Shown in pieces: positions 46,523 through 57,376 of a DNA stretch of 64,000 nt. Under the pieces are notes generated by a model that had not been told where the DNA came from, made no database searches, and was given only the letters and a program-made list of their open reading frames with translations. Where the stretch lies: positions 36,765 through 100,764 of the IMG/VR virus record IMGVR_UViG_3300028833_000104, one strand, 5' to 3'. The translations under genes were made by a program, and so were the position numbers. Position 1 is the stretch's first letter, and each line of letters starts with the position of its first letter. Source of the stretch: a virus (Duplodnaviria > Caudoviricetes).

Positions 46523-47206
46523 TTATTCTACATTTAGATAGCGTTTATCTCCACCTCTAAATTGAATACATTCTGAGGCATTTGCAATTCTACTACCTAA
46601 TCTAATATCTAATAAATTTCCTAATTGTTCAGGTAATATATTTGATGTATAAATATTTGACTTACCTTTATTTATTCTTGTATCTATGATACTTAATAAA
46701 TGTGATATTTCAAATTCTGTACCTACCTTATTACCTATATCATCCCATATAACTAAATCACAATCTAATACATTTTCATTTATATGTTTATAATATTCAT
46801 TAGGTTCATTTATATTTGCTTTTAATGCTAATAAGAAACTTGGTACATTAATAAATAAAGCTTTACATTCTAATTTAGATTTTAGCCAAATCTTTTTAAA
46901 ATAACTCTGAACTAATCTAATAGCTCAAGAAGTTTTACCATTACCTGCTTGCGTACTATAAATATACAAGTTGTCTCCATTATTTACAAACTCCAAAATA
47001 TTATTTTGAATATCTGCTAATTTTTGGAATTCAGGTCTATCTGTACCATCAGCATCAGTGACTAATGATTGTTTATTTCTTTTGTTTTCAGGAATACCTG
47101 CTTCATCAAATAAATAAGTTAATTTATATTGAATCAAACAACCATTTTCATCATTACAGTGAAGTTGTTTACATTCATCTTTTAATCAACATTTATTTTC
47201 ATTCAT
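46523..47206 (-). CDS. DnaC/IstB-like helicase loader
   Basis: Cys-rich N-terminus, AGNGKTS[W]A, IWDDIG, TSN, RI. Confidence 0.85.
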
Positions 47207-47251
47207 TTTCTCACCTCAATATTATATAATAATATACAAGTTGAACAAAAT

Positions 47252-47300
47252 AAAAAGATGAGTCTAGGTTATGAAAGGAAAAGTTTACCCAAACTCATCT
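47252..47300 (-). terminator. long-stem terminator hairpin, possibly a small RNA
   Basis: AGATGAGTTTGGGT/ACCTAGACTCATCT stem plus T-run; 17-nt loop. Confidence 0.7.
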
Positions 47301-47302
47301 AA

Positions 47303-48046
47303 TTAATTTAGTGGTTTCTTATGAACCGGATTTTCGATTTGTTTGTCAATAGCTTCTCTATGTATATTAGGTATATCCTTCAATATACCAGAAATAATAA
47401 TTTTCTTTAGATTTATTGGCTCATAATTAACCCATTCTGAGCAAAGATTTAAATAATAATTGTTATTATCTTTACAATATTTCAATTGTTCATCAAAATA
47501 ATTTTCAGGTTTAATTTCCTTTCCATTTATTAAATCTTTCATTAATTGACAGTTATGGTCATGTCCATGAATATTTAAACAATATTTAGAGTCATAAGGT
47601 TCGTGACTTAAAACTATATCTTCCCTAATAGAGCAAATACCAGGCCATACTTCATCAAATAATCTATTATCTACTAATTTTTCTTCAAGTTTATGTTTTT
47701 CAAAATTAAAAGAAGCCTTAATATATTCTCCTCTTTGATAATTAGATTTACCTTGATCATGGTTACCCATAATTAATACCTTATAACCTGCTTTTAATTT
47801 TTTAATAGGTTCAATATCACCAATATCACCTAATATAATTAATAAATCATTTTTATGACAAACTTTATTTATTTTTGCAACCTGTTCTTCAATACTAGGA
47901 GTTTTAATGCCAGTATTCTTTTCTCTATAATCATTTCCATTTATGGTATCAGTTACTACATCTCCAAAATGGGTATCGCTAATTATAAAGATATTATCAT
48001 ACTTTTCCCAGTGTTTAAAACAAGGATTTAGATTAAATTTTGGCAT
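47303..48046 (-). CDS. calcineurin-like metallophosphoesterase
   Basis: SDTHFG, LGDIG, MGNHD, SHEP, IHGHDH. Confidence 0.85.
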   Translation of the reverse strand: MPKFNLNPCFKHWEKYDNIFIISDTHFGDVVTDTINGNDYREKNTGIKTPSIEEQVAKINKVCHKNDLLIILGDIGDIEPIKKLKAGYKVLIMGNHDQGKSNYQRGEYIKASFNFEKHKLEEKLVDNRLFDEVWPGICSIREDIVLSHEPYDSKYCLNIHGHDHNCQLMKDLINGKEIKPENYFDEQLKYCKDNNNYYLNLCSEWVNYEPINLKKIIISGILKDIPNIHREAIDKQIENPVHKKPLN

Positions 48047-48060
48047 TTTATTACTCCTTT

Positions 48061-49038
48061 CTAAGAATTTGTTACATCATTTTTATGTTTTTCTCATTCC
48101 TCAGGACATAAAGTCACAGTTTCAATAAGTGGATAAGGTTTCTTATATTCTAATAAACCATTTTGGTCATAACACTTACCATCCTCATCTATAATAAATA
48201 CATTTATTTTATTAGATAAAGCTGTGGTTGCGTCAATTGCAATTAAATTTTTACCATAATATAAATCATGAAACTCTCTATTTAAATAACGTTTATTAAA
48301 TTCTGAACAACGATAATGTCCACAAACTAAAACTTTACCGTTTTCCACTTCATTATTAAATAAACCAGCATCAAAGAATTTATATGGACAACCCCAAGAA
48401 GCTGCTTCCCATTCTTCATTACTACTATTACGCCAATCTTCTTTAAATTCAAAGTATTGAACCCAACCATAGTATAAACAATAATCCTCACTTAATGAGC
48501 GTTCTCCAACATATGTCAATGGTATAAATGAGTGAACAAAGATATATTTATCTAATTCATAATAATTTACCCATTGTTTAGATTGTAACCATTTAGTAAT
48601 TTCTGATTCTCTAACTTTTTTCTTAATATCTCTCCATAAATCTAAATATTTAGGGTCCATATCATACTTATCTCCAAACATTGAAGATAAACCTTGACTA
48701 TCTGCAGTCCTTAAATCATAAACTACATCCAAATCATAACCTGCTATTTGTGCAAAGGTTATAACTGTTCCATTACTGAAATCATGTGGATCTGGATAGT
48801 ATTTAGTTAATAAATCAAAATATAAACTTTCATGATTACCTTTAATTAAAATACAACGCTTTTTAGGAATTGATTTTAGATAGTTATATACCTTGATAGT
48901 ATCTAATCCTCTATCAAAAACGTCACCACAAACAATTAAGGTATGATTTTTATTTCTTTTATTGAATCCACATTTCTTTAATGTTTTTTCTAATAGATTT
49001 CCAAATGAATGCAGATCTGATACTACGAAATACTTCAT
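48061..49038 (-). CDS. metallophosphoesterase (Ser/Thr phosphatase-like)
   Basis: SDLHS, GDVFDRG, KGNHE, FVH, CGH, IAID; true stop is TAG 48061 after one TGA. Confidence 0.85.
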
Positions 49039-49048
49039 TTTATCACTC

Positions 49049-49234
49049 CTATAACAAACTTAATTTATAATCTAAATATGCCTCTATATCACAATGCTCT
49101 GAATCAGTTAATTGTTTATTTTCCCACATATTCATAGCACACTCTTTTAATTCTAATAAGGCATCAACATTATTAAAATCTTCTTCTAATAATTTAATAA
49201 AGAATTTATTTAAATTCTTTTCTATTTCAGGCAT
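49049..49234 (-). CDS. hypothetical protein
   Basis: Short ORF in the gene run. Confidence 0.45.
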   Translation of the reverse strand: MPEIEKNLNKFFIKLLEEDFNNVDALLELKECAMNMWENKQLTDSEHCDIEAYLDYKLSLL

Positions 49235-49259
49235 TTGCTCATATACTCAATCAGGTTTT

Positions 49260-49625
49260 TTAATTGTGCTCATTCCATAATACCTCTTTTAGCAATTCAA
49301 ATTCTTCTTGAGTAAGAATACTTTCATCATCTACCCATCTATTATACTCAACTAAATTATTGGAAATTTTTAAATTAGATATTAATACATTTTTCTTCTT
49401 AATAATTTCAAATGCCTCTAATTTCTTTTCATCTTCCATTAAATAAGATTCTAGTTCCTTCAAATCCTTAATTTTTGCTTCATCCTTATCCATATAATCA
49501 TAATAAGGATTACGGTCTTCATCAAATTCATACATAGACCATTTAGCAGCGTCTACATGTAATTCCTCTATATCTTTTTCTAAATGTTTTATTCTTTCTC
49601 TAATTATTTCTAAAACTTTACTCAT
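49260..49625 (-). CDS. hypothetical coiled-coil protein
   Basis: Intact ORF. Confidence 0.6.
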   Translation of the reverse strand: MSKVLEIIRERIKHLEKDIEELHVDAAKWSMYEFDEDRNPYYDYMDKDEAKIKDLKELESYLMEDEKKLEAFEIIKKKNVLISNLKISNNLVEYNRWVDDESILTQEEFELLKEVLWNEHN

Positions 49626-49628
49626 TAT

Positions 49629-50114
49629 TTATTCCTCTATTTCGGTAAATGACTTTTCTGTATAATGATTATTTTCAATTAAATATTTTTTACAATCTTC
49701 ACAAACAAATTCAATATAACCTTTTGTTACATACTTTGCTGCTTTACCACAATTAATACATACATTTTCAGACATCATTTCATATTTATAAATTATTTCA
49801 GCAATTTTGGAACTAGCTGGATAACCATTATCATACCATCTTAAAGAACCATATTTTTCCTTAATATCGGTAATTCTATAATCATTTAAATAATCACATT
49901 TAATTAATTCTTCTTTAATTTCCTTACACATTTCTAAACCAAATGCTTTCCTTCAACCATAAGGCATAGCATCTAATTCGGTATAAGTGTAATCATAGTT
50001 AGGGTCAACTTGTCCACTTCATCTATTTCTAGGTAATAAAAAAGGAAATTCCTCAATTAACTTTTTATTTTCCTTTACCTGTCTTCTTTCTTTAATTAAT
50101 TCAGCTAATTTCAT
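49629..50114 (-). CDS. conserved phage protein (IKEKYGSLRWY...CxxCG family)
   Basis: Extends through 2 TGA to ATG 50114; MPYG[W] motif. Confidence 0.75.
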
Positions 50115-50825
50115 TTAATCACCCCAACTATCATAATATTTTGCAATTAAACCAAAATATTTTCTAATATCCTTTTGTCTAGCTTTAGCATCTGCTATTA
50201 GCATTTTATGAAATATATCTTGGTTTTCTTCTTCACTTAAACCATTAGTATATTCTGAGGTATAGGCGGTAAGTATATCTTTATCGTTTAAATTATTATC
50301 TCTTAACCAATCATTTATCTTTCTAGTATCTTTATCCTTAATATAATTAATTAATCTTTGATTTGCTTCATCACTTAATTTATAGTCATCAAAATTAAAT
50401 TTTTCTACAAGGTCATCAAATATATCACTATTATATAACTTAGCAACTAAATTCTTATCCTTTAAAGTACCTTTATAAATTAAGGTGATTGGAACAGTAT
50501 TTTCTCTTAACCATTTATGTGACTCATTACTATATTCGTCTGCTAATATCTTATAACCTAGATCAATAGCCTCAGTCATTTGCTTAACCTGTCTTTTTAT
50601 AGACCTTTTAGTTAAATAGGTATAGTTTTGTACCCAATCTCTCATTTCAATTATTTTTAATTGATTTAGTTCAATTAAACCATACCAAGGAACTTGTCTT
50701 TTCATAAAATATTCCCACGGACCTTTATTATAATACTGAGAACGCCTTTTATCATATCCAATTAATTTATCCGCTTCCTTTTGTAATAGGTTTACTGTAT
50801 TTTCATTTGGATAACTTTTAGACAT
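50115..50825 (-). CDS. hypothetical protein
   Basis: Intact ORF. Confidence 0.65.
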   Translation of the reverse strand: MSKSYPNENTVNLLQKEADKLIGYDKRRSQYYNKGPWEYFMKRQVPWYGLIELNQLKIIEMRDWVQNYTYLTKRSIKRQVKQMTEAIDLGYKILADEYSNESHKWLRENTVPITLIYKGTLKDKNLVAKLYNSDIFDDLVEKFNFDDYKLSDEANQRLINYIKDKDTRKINDWLRDNNLNDKDILTAYTSEYTNGLSEEENQDIFHKMLIADAKARQKDIRKYFGLIAKYYDSWGD

Positions 50826-50857
50826 ACTAATCACCACCTTATTTATAAAATATACAA

Positions 50858-51394
50858 TTACTTAAATGTTTTAGCCTTTTCACACGGAAACATTTCTGTG
50901 CATTTATTGTTTCTATATTCGCATAAAGGAACTAATAATCCTTCAAATTCAGGATATTTTTCAAGAACTAATCTGCACATTTCTCTTACAACTTTTCTAG
51001 TTTCTAAACTTGCTTGATTACATAAACGCTTATGCGATATTGTCATTAATTCCTCTGCATTCATATCCCATATCATATTAACAGGTGCATCTTGCGGTGC
51101 CTTATTTCTATCATAATCTTTTTGTCTATCATTTCTTTGTGACTTAACATATGGTTGTGCGTGTATATGTCTACATAAATGAGTAGCAACCCAAGAAGGG
51201 ATATTTTCTAAAAAGAAACTAAAATGTAATCTTCTAATAGGACTATGTTCTGCTTGTAAGATTTTCTTCTTCCATTCAAAATCAGGTGCATTTTTAACAT
51301 TTAATCCTACTGTAACTAATGCTCTTCTTTTAACTTCCAACCAATCTTGTTCAGTTGGACTTTCAATCATACTAATTTTTACTTCATTACTCAT
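50858..51394 (-). CDS. thyX: flavin-dependent thymidylate synthase (compact)
   Basis: HSP, RH-x7-SQR (RHIHAQPYVKSQR), RLC.QA..ETR. Confidence 0.8.
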   Translation of the reverse strand: MSNEVKISMIESPTEQDWLEVKRRALVTVGLNVKNAPDFEWKKKILQAEHSPIRRLHFSFFLENIPSWVATHLCRHIHAQPYVKSQRNDRQKDYDRNKAPQDAPVNMIWDMNAEELMTISHKRLCNQASLETRKVVREMCRLVLEKYPEFEGLLVPLCEYRNNKCTEMFPCEKAKTFK

Positions 51395-51686
51395 ATAAAT
51401 CTTCTAAATACTCCATTCTATACATAATAACTGGTTTATAAGGATCACTATTATAATCTAACGCTGGAATAGTATTATATTCAATCCACTCAATCGCTGT
51501 ATCCTCACTACAATTTTCATCTTCCATAAATTCTTTAACCATTCTAGCATAATCATATAAAAATTGTCCGGTATTAGTCATTCCCATTATGGATTTATCA
51601 TATGCGTGATCCTCAAATAATTGTGGTTTATGAGGTTCGTCCTTAAACATTCTTTCCAATCTTTCTCTAAACTCTTTATCAATCAT
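51387..51686 (-). CDS. conserved phage hypothetical protein
   Basis: YDY..MV...AIEWIEYN pattern. Confidence 0.65.
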   Translation of the reverse strand: MIDKEFRERLERMFKDEPHKPQLFEDHAYDKSIMGMTNTGQFLYDYARMVKEFMEDENCSEDTAIEWIEYNTIPALDYNSDPYKPVIMYRMEYLEDLYE

Positions 51687-51985
51687 TATAATAATTTCAC
51701 TCCTGAAGAAACCATATTAATTTTAGCTTTTTCTTGTTCTAATTCTTTAGCTTTATTAAGATACCAATCTGACTTTGCTAAATCCTGTTTGATATCATCC
51801 TTATTTCCAGCTCTATATCTATACTTCCAAGCATTACATTTACAAAAATCTATAACAGCGTCAATACCAAATACCACAACCATTTCATCAATACATTCCA
51901 TTGGATGTGTTTTATAATGGTCCGGATGGTTTACGTTCTTTTCCATTTCTTTGTTCTCTAATTTAATATCTTCCATATTATTCAC
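51686..51985 (-). CDS. DUF3310 (SaV-like) protein
   Basis: VNHPDHY, ECID, NAWKYRYRAGNK, DLAKSDWYL. Confidence 0.85.
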   Translation of the reverse strand: MNNMEDIKLENKEMEKNVNHPDHYKTHPMECIDEMVVVFGIDAVIDFCKCNAWKYRYRAGNKDDIKQDLAKSDWYLNKAKELEQEKAKINMVSSGVKLL

Positions 51986-52349
51986 TCTTATCTTTCTTTA
52001 ACCACCAAGTATGTTTGTAATCCTTTAAAACTTCAATTCGAGTAATTACTGTTTTAGTAACACTTGAATAATATTCAATATAAGGTAAGGTACTAGGTTC
52101 AATGCCAACTAATTTAATTTGCATTCTATTACCATCAGCATCATAAAAATAACCTTGTTTTCTTAACTTAATAATAACTTCAAAATCACAGCCAAACATA
52201 TCCTCAATCTCTTCATATCTGGCACATTTCTTATATAAACCAGCTACAAAATCGGAACTATAAGTGAAAGTTCCTTTTGGCATTATTTTACGTTTTTTAT
52301 TAATTCTTAAATTTATATTAGATTTTCCTAGTATTTGTCTTTTATCCAT
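51978..52349 (-). CDS. hypothetical protein
   Basis: Intact ORF. Confidence 0.6.
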   Translation of the reverse strand: MDKRQILGKSNINLRINKKRKIMPKGTFTYSSDFVAGLYKKCARYEEIEDMFGCDFEVIIKLRKQGYFYDADGNRMQIKLVGIEPSTLPYIEYYSSVTKTVITRIEVLKDYKHTWWLKKDKSE

Positions 52350-52350
52350 A

Positions 52351-52566
52351 CTAATCCAACCATCCTATAATTAAAACAATTAGAAAAACTATTAGTGATA
52401 AACCAATAGTTATTGCAGGACCAATCCATAAAGGAAACCAAACCCAAAACCAAGAAAATGATTCAGGTAATACCTCACATAACTTTAATACTAGGAATAC
52501 AATCCAAACAATAAAACCAATACCGCTTAGAGTCATTCCACCTTTACTGCTTTCGTTCATTTTCAT
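52351..52566 (-). CDS. small membrane protein
   Basis: FLVLKL...SWFWVWFPLWI; two TM segments. Confidence 0.7.
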   Translation of the reverse strand: MKMNESSKGGMTLSGIGFIVWIVFLVLKLCEVLPESFSWFWVWFPLWIGPAITIGLSLIVFLIVLIIGWLD

Positions 52567-53668
52567 ACTCCTCTCTTATGGGGTCTACATACTTAGCCCA
52601 GTTTAAACCATATTTTCTATAACTTGTCGATAAATGGCATTTTAAAAATCTTTCTACCCATTCAGGATCTTGTTCTGACATTTCATCACATTCATGAATA
52701 ATCTTCAAATACCAATACAATTCGGCACCTAGTAATTTACTATCTTCATTCTCAACCTTTTTAGAATCTTTCCAAGCTTCCAATGGTCTCATATGGTAAT
52801 TAATTAATACAATCATTTTATATTTATCTTGCTCTGTAAATTCATTAATAGGACCTAAAAAATTGTGGTCTCTAAATCCATCAAAATTAATACCCATTGC
52901 TAAATAGGCGCCGACATTTGCGTGTTGGTAGAAATGAGCTTCATCGGTCTTTTCACCTTTTCTATTAATAAAAGTTTTACAAATCTTCTTACCTAAATCA
53001 TGATATAAAATAGCATATTTTAAATAGATAGGAAAAGTCTGTGCTTCAAATTTAACTTCAAAATAATCCAACGCACAATACATATGGAGATCTACATCCA
53101 TATTATGCCAATGGTTATCGTGTGGTACTGGTCCTACAATGTCATTAACAGCTGTCAAATAAGGAATATTAGGTTGAGTAGTATATTTAATTTCAATAAC
53201 ATTCCAACCTTCATTATAAACAGGAATTTCAAAGTTCTTTAACATTCTATAAATTGCTTCCTCTGGAACTTTTCTATCTCTATTTGCATTTCGCTTTAAA
53301 CATTCTTTTAAATCAGTATAAACTACAAAACAATATTTATTAAAATCAACCTTAACTTTTTTATTTAATTCTTTTAATAAATTAATTCTTTTCTTTCTAT
53401 TAATGTTTGTAGCATCATAGATAACGTCAAAACCATCATTTAAATTTTGAATAGTTCTATCAAACATTATTTTAAATACTTGTTCAGGATTATCTTGGCA
53501 ATTTTCATCACCATATAACTCTCCTCTAATACTGTCGGAAGACAATATTACAGCGTCGGGTCTCTTTCTCTTATAACCACTTACTAAAAAATGTGTACTT
53601 TTTAATTTTTCTGCTAAAGTCGATTTACCACAACCAGGTAATCCAACTAACATTAAAAATGTTGGCAT
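52544..53668 (-). CDS. polynucleotide kinase (AAA_33) fused to an HD domain
   Basis: GLPGCGKST, SSDSIR, YDATN, RNANRDR; then H..H, YHDLGK, HANVG, YHM, HECD. Confidence 0.85.
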   Translation of the reverse strand: MPTFLMLVGLPGCGKSTLAEKLKSTHFLVSGYKRKRPDAVILSSDSIRGELYGDENCQDNPEQVFKIMFDRTIQNLNDGFDVIYDATNINRKKRINLLKELNKKVKVDFNKYCFVVYTDLKECLKRNANRDRKVPEEAIYRMLKNFEIPVYNEGWNVIEIKYTTQPNIPYLTAVNDIVGPVPHDNHWHNMDVDLHMYCALDYFEVKFEAQTFPIYLKYAILYHDLGKKICKTFINRKGEKTDEAHFYQHANVGAYLAMGINFDGFRDHNFLGPINEFTEQDKYKMIVLINYHMRPLEAWKDSKKVENEDSKLLGAELYWYLKIIHECDEMSEQDPEWVERFLKCHLSTSYRKYGLNWAKYVDPIREEYENERKQ

Positions 53669-53698
53669 AATATCATCTCCTATCTTTAATATATACAA

Positions 53699-54982
53699 TT
53701 AATGTAATTTTGCTACTAATTGTTTAGCATTTGCTAATAAAAATTCCTTTTTATTTTCAAGTTTACCCTCAACTACATCATTTAAATAACCTTCTAAAAT
53801 ATCTTTAATAACAGGTCCTGGTTCTAATCCTAATTCAATTAAATCATTACCATTAATTGCTAATTGTTTTAAGGAATAACAACCATAATTTAATACATCT
53901 TCAAATTCTTTATGAATTGTTTCTACTTGTTCATCATTAATAGTTCCAATAGCATACGCAAATTTTACTGCCTGAGACATAATATATCTGCAATATTGCT
54001 CATTATCGTTATGTTTTAATTCCTTTAATGACTTAGTAATTAAATATTTAATATTAGTATCATTAATAATTCGTAACTTCTCATTATGTGTAATACAAAT
54101 ATCTCTTATCTTATCTTTATCTTCGTTTGACAAAACTAGATAACAAAATAAAACGTTTCTACCACTTAATCTATTAAAAAGTAATGAATAGGATAAAACA
54201 TAATCTCTATCCTTTAAAATAGGATTATTAAAGATTCTATAAATAGAACCAGATGAATTAAGATAAACAGGTTTTTCAAAAGGTAAAACTTGTTCTAAAA
54301 TATTATAAACTAATACATTTAGCAATAATCTAGCAAATCCTTTACCACAAACTAATTTATTACATTCTATAGTTTTACGCTCTTTTGCAATGTGAATTAA
54401 TTCAAACGCTAATTCACTTGCGGTTATTAAGGTATCCATATCAATATCAAAATCTAATACTGATGCAAATCTAACCATTCTTAAAATTCTTAATGCGTCT
54501 TCTTCAAAACGTTTTCTAGGTTCACCTACAGCCTTAATTAATTTATGTTCTAAATCATTTATACCACCAAAATAATCTATAACATATTTACCATCATATA
54601 CTAAGGCATTAATAGTGAAGTCTCTTCTTGATAAATCTTGCTGAAGGTTACTTGTAAATACAACCTCATCTGGATGTCTGTGGTCAGTATATTCACCATC
54701 TAAACGATAAGTTGTAATTTCATAATTTTCATTATTATATCTAACTGTTATGGTTCCGTGCTTTTCACCATTATTGTTAATTAATGCATAACCCTTAAAT
54801 ACCTCCCTGATTTGTTCAGGGGTTGCATTTGTGGTAATGTCATAATCTTTAGGAGTTTTATTTAATAATAAATCTCTAACACATCCTCCTACAATATATG
54901 CCTCATATTTAGTATGTAATTTATTTAATAAATCCTTAACATTTTGTGGAATATTAAAATCATATTTATATTTTCCAATCAT
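53699..54982 (-). CDS. cca: CCA-adding tRNA nucleotidyltransferase (class II)
   Basis: VGGCVRD, DYDITT, EITTYR, DLSRRDFTINA, FEEDALRILR. Confidence 0.92.
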   Translation of the reverse strand: MIGKYKYDFNIPQNVKDLLNKLHTKYEAYIVGGCVRDLLLNKTPKDYDITTNATPEQIREVFKGYALINNNGEKHGTITVRYNNENYEITTYRLDGEYTDHRHPDEVVFTSNLQQDLSRRDFTINALVYDGKYVIDYFGGINDLEHKLIKAVGEPRKRFEEDALRILRMVRFASVLDFDIDMDTLITASELAFELIHIAKERKTIECNKLVCGKGFARLLLNVLVYNILEQVLPFEKPVYLNSSGSIYRIFNNPILKDRDYVLSYSLLFNRLSGRNVLFCYLVLSNEDKDKIRDICITHNEKLRIINDTNIKYLITKSLKELKHNDNEQYCRYIMSQAVKFAYAIGTINDEQVETIHKEFEDVLNYGCYSLKQLAINGNDLIELGLEPGPVIKDILEGYLNDVVEGKLENKKEFLLANAKQLVAKLH

Positions 54983-55059
54983 ATTATCACCTCTATATTA
55001 AAATATACAATAAAAAAGAAGGTATATTTACTACCATCTTTAATATTTTTTAATATTTT

Positions 55060-56214
55060 TTATAATAAATTAGATGCTTCTAAGATTTGTTTCCATTTAC
55101 TTGGCATTAATCTATTAAATGTATCATCTAATTTATCATATCTAAATAAGAATTGTTGGTAATGTTTTGGATATGTTTTTACTACTTCCGCATATTCTTT
55201 TCTGCTATTATAAGTTTCAGGTTTTAGTTCCTTGATTATAAATTTAATTTTTAATCTAAATAATAACATATTAGTTTTTATTTTATTAACTCTTTCAGTG
55301 CAACTTGGAACATAAGCTAAAAATTCATCTTCCTCGCCTTGTAATACTAAATCAATTAATTTTAAATCTGAAACAACTCCACCATTACCTAATCTATGAG
55401 CCTTAACATATACGAAGGATTTTACCTTAACTCTATTAAAATTATCATCACATACAACAAATCCTTCATTTAAAATATTATTATCTGGATTTAATTCATT
55501 TGCGGCTTTAACAACATCTTCATAGCTAGTTAATTTATATCTTTTTGGAGTAGGTATCATTTCCCATAGTTTTTCTAATACACCATCTACACCGTGCATA
55601 TTTATTCTATCTACAAAGAATTCTTCATTAGTTTCATTATCCCTAATACCTAATAAATAAATTTTAAATTCATTATAATCAATAACAACTCTGTTATAAG
55701 GAGAAACCATTTCAAAGATATAAGTTCCTAAGGTACATAAACTTCCAAAAAAGTCATGTTCATCAATACCCATTTTATGTAAACATTCAATAAATAATTT
55801 ACCATAAGAATCTAAATTCTTATCTTCACACTCTAATGGTGCTTTAAATGCGTCAATAACTCCGTTTGTAGATATATTCCAACCATTATCATACCAAACT
55901 TTCATTATAGAACCATCTACTTTTTCTTGGACAGATGCTGTATTCCAATCTATCTTATCTAAATCAGAATTTGGTTCCTCTGCATTCATAAATTTATCAA
56001 ATGCGTGACAAACGCATTTCCAATCTGATTCTCTAAATATAATACCTCTAGCTTCCCTAACTTCTGGAATTGAGAAGTCAGAACTTAATTGATTATATTT
56101 AAACATAATATAACCATTATCTCTTGAAATCTTTAAATTATAAGGGTCTTTTGTTAATAATTCTTCCCAATTATTATGTTCTTTAATAAATTTTAATAAT
56201 TTTAATTCTTTCAT
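55060..56214 (-). CDS. T4 Rnl1-like RNA ligase
   Basis: EARGIIF, FDKFMN, EKVDGS, FEMVSPYN, EGFVV, RVKVK. Confidence 0.88.
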   Translation of the reverse strand: MKELKLLKFIKEHNNWEELLTKDPYNLKISRDNGYIMFKYNQLSSDFSIPEVREARGIIFRESDWKCVCHAFDKFMNAEEPNSDLDKIDWNTASVQEKVDGSIMKVWYDNGWNISTNGVIDAFKAPLECEDKNLDSYGKLFIECLHKMGIDEHDFFGSLCTLGTYIFEMVSPYNRVVIDYNEFKIYLLGIRDNETNEEFFVDRINMHGVDGVLEKLWEMIPTPKRYKLTSYEDVVKAANELNPDNNILNEGFVVCDDNFNRVKVKSFVYVKAHRLGNGGVVSDLKLIDLVLQGEEDEFLAYVPSCTERVNKIKTNMLLFRLKIKFIIKELKPETYNSRKEYAEVVKTYPKHYQQFLFRYDKLDDTFNRLMPSKWKQILEASNLL

Positions 56215-56222
56215 ATTTCCTC

Positions 56223-56732
56223 CTATTTATAGGTAACGATTGGGTCATCGCTTAAATTTTCAAGAGCCTCAGCTACCCATTGTTGTGGATTATTTATTTC
56301 ATCTCTAAAAATATCTGCAGTCTTAAACCAATCTCTAATATTAATAATTTCCTCTCTACTTATTCTTTGTCCACTATATACAATATCAATATATTCAGGA
56401 TATTCATCTTCATTATCAAAAACTAGATATAAAGTTGTATAAGGACAAGCATCTCCAATAATATTTAAATCCATATAGTCTAAACAAGTATATTCTTTAC
56501 CTTTTATTTCAACTACATCTCTTACTTCCCAATCACAATCACCAAACATTAATGAGCCACCGTTATCGCCATAAATGAAATAATCATCTCCATATAAATC
56601 AACTATATCTAGTCCATCTTTATAATCATTAATTATATCAATACATTCTGCCTTATTATTCATCCAAAATTGAACACATAAGGTTCCAGTTTTAACGGTA
56701 TTTAAAAATTCCTTTGCACCTATTAGTCTCAT
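56223..56732 (-). CDS. hypothetical protein
   Basis: Intact ORF. Confidence 0.6.
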   Translation of the reverse strand: MRLIGAKEFLNTVKTGTLCVQFWMNNKAECIDIINDYKDGLDIVDLYGDDYFIYGDNGGSLMFGDCDWEVRDVVEIKGKEYTCLDYMDLNIIGDACPYTTLYLVFDNEDEYPEYIDIVYSGQRISREEIINIRDWFKTADIFRDEINNPQQWVAEALENLSDDPIVTYK

Positions 56733-56737
56733 ATTAA

Positions 56738-57226
56738 CTATTCCTCCTTTAATTTATAATTATTTAATAAATCTATATCTTCCTTATCTGCATATCTTAC
56801 AAAATTTAATTTTTCTAATGGCGTCCAAGCAAATGAATTACCATCTTCTAAACAGCATAAGGAACATTCATCGCCTAACATTGAAGTAATTGCAAATAAT
56901 CCTGACCTAGACTCATCTGCAAAATTAACTATTTTTATTTTATCTTCTACTTTAAATAAATGACAATGTTCGTAGTGAGGTAAGTGCTTTTTTAAGCTAA
57001 TACCTTCTACATAACCTAAAACCCACCACCAATCTGTATTAGTGGCTGATACCATTATAGTGTTACTATCTCCATAAGCGAATACTAAGTTAAAGTCTTT
57101 TTTATCAAGCCATTCTTTTAAATGGTCTAATAATTCTTCTAACTTATTACATTTAAATACTTCACCACCATCACCATCATTAATAAATGCCGGTACGTGT
57201 TGTTTATAAGTTATCATTCTACTCAC
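56738..57226 (-). CDS. hypothetical protein
   Basis: Intact ORF. Confidence 0.6.
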   Translation of the reverse strand: MSRMITYKQHVPAFINDGDGGEVFKCNKLEELLDHLKEWLDKKDFNLVFAYGDSNTIMVSATNTDWWWVLGYVEGISLKKHLPHYEHCHLFKVEDKIKIVNFADESRSGLFAITSMLGDECSLCCLEDGNSFAWTPLEKLNFVRYADKEDIDLLNNYKLKEE

Positions 57227-57376
57227 CTCTATTTTACATTAATTATACAATAAAAAAGGATTATTAACACCTAATAATCCTTAATTTTCAATATAAAATT
57301 GCTTCTATTTTTAATTTTTAAATACTTAATATATAAATTATTATATATTAAAAACAAACCGTTTTAAACGGAAATT

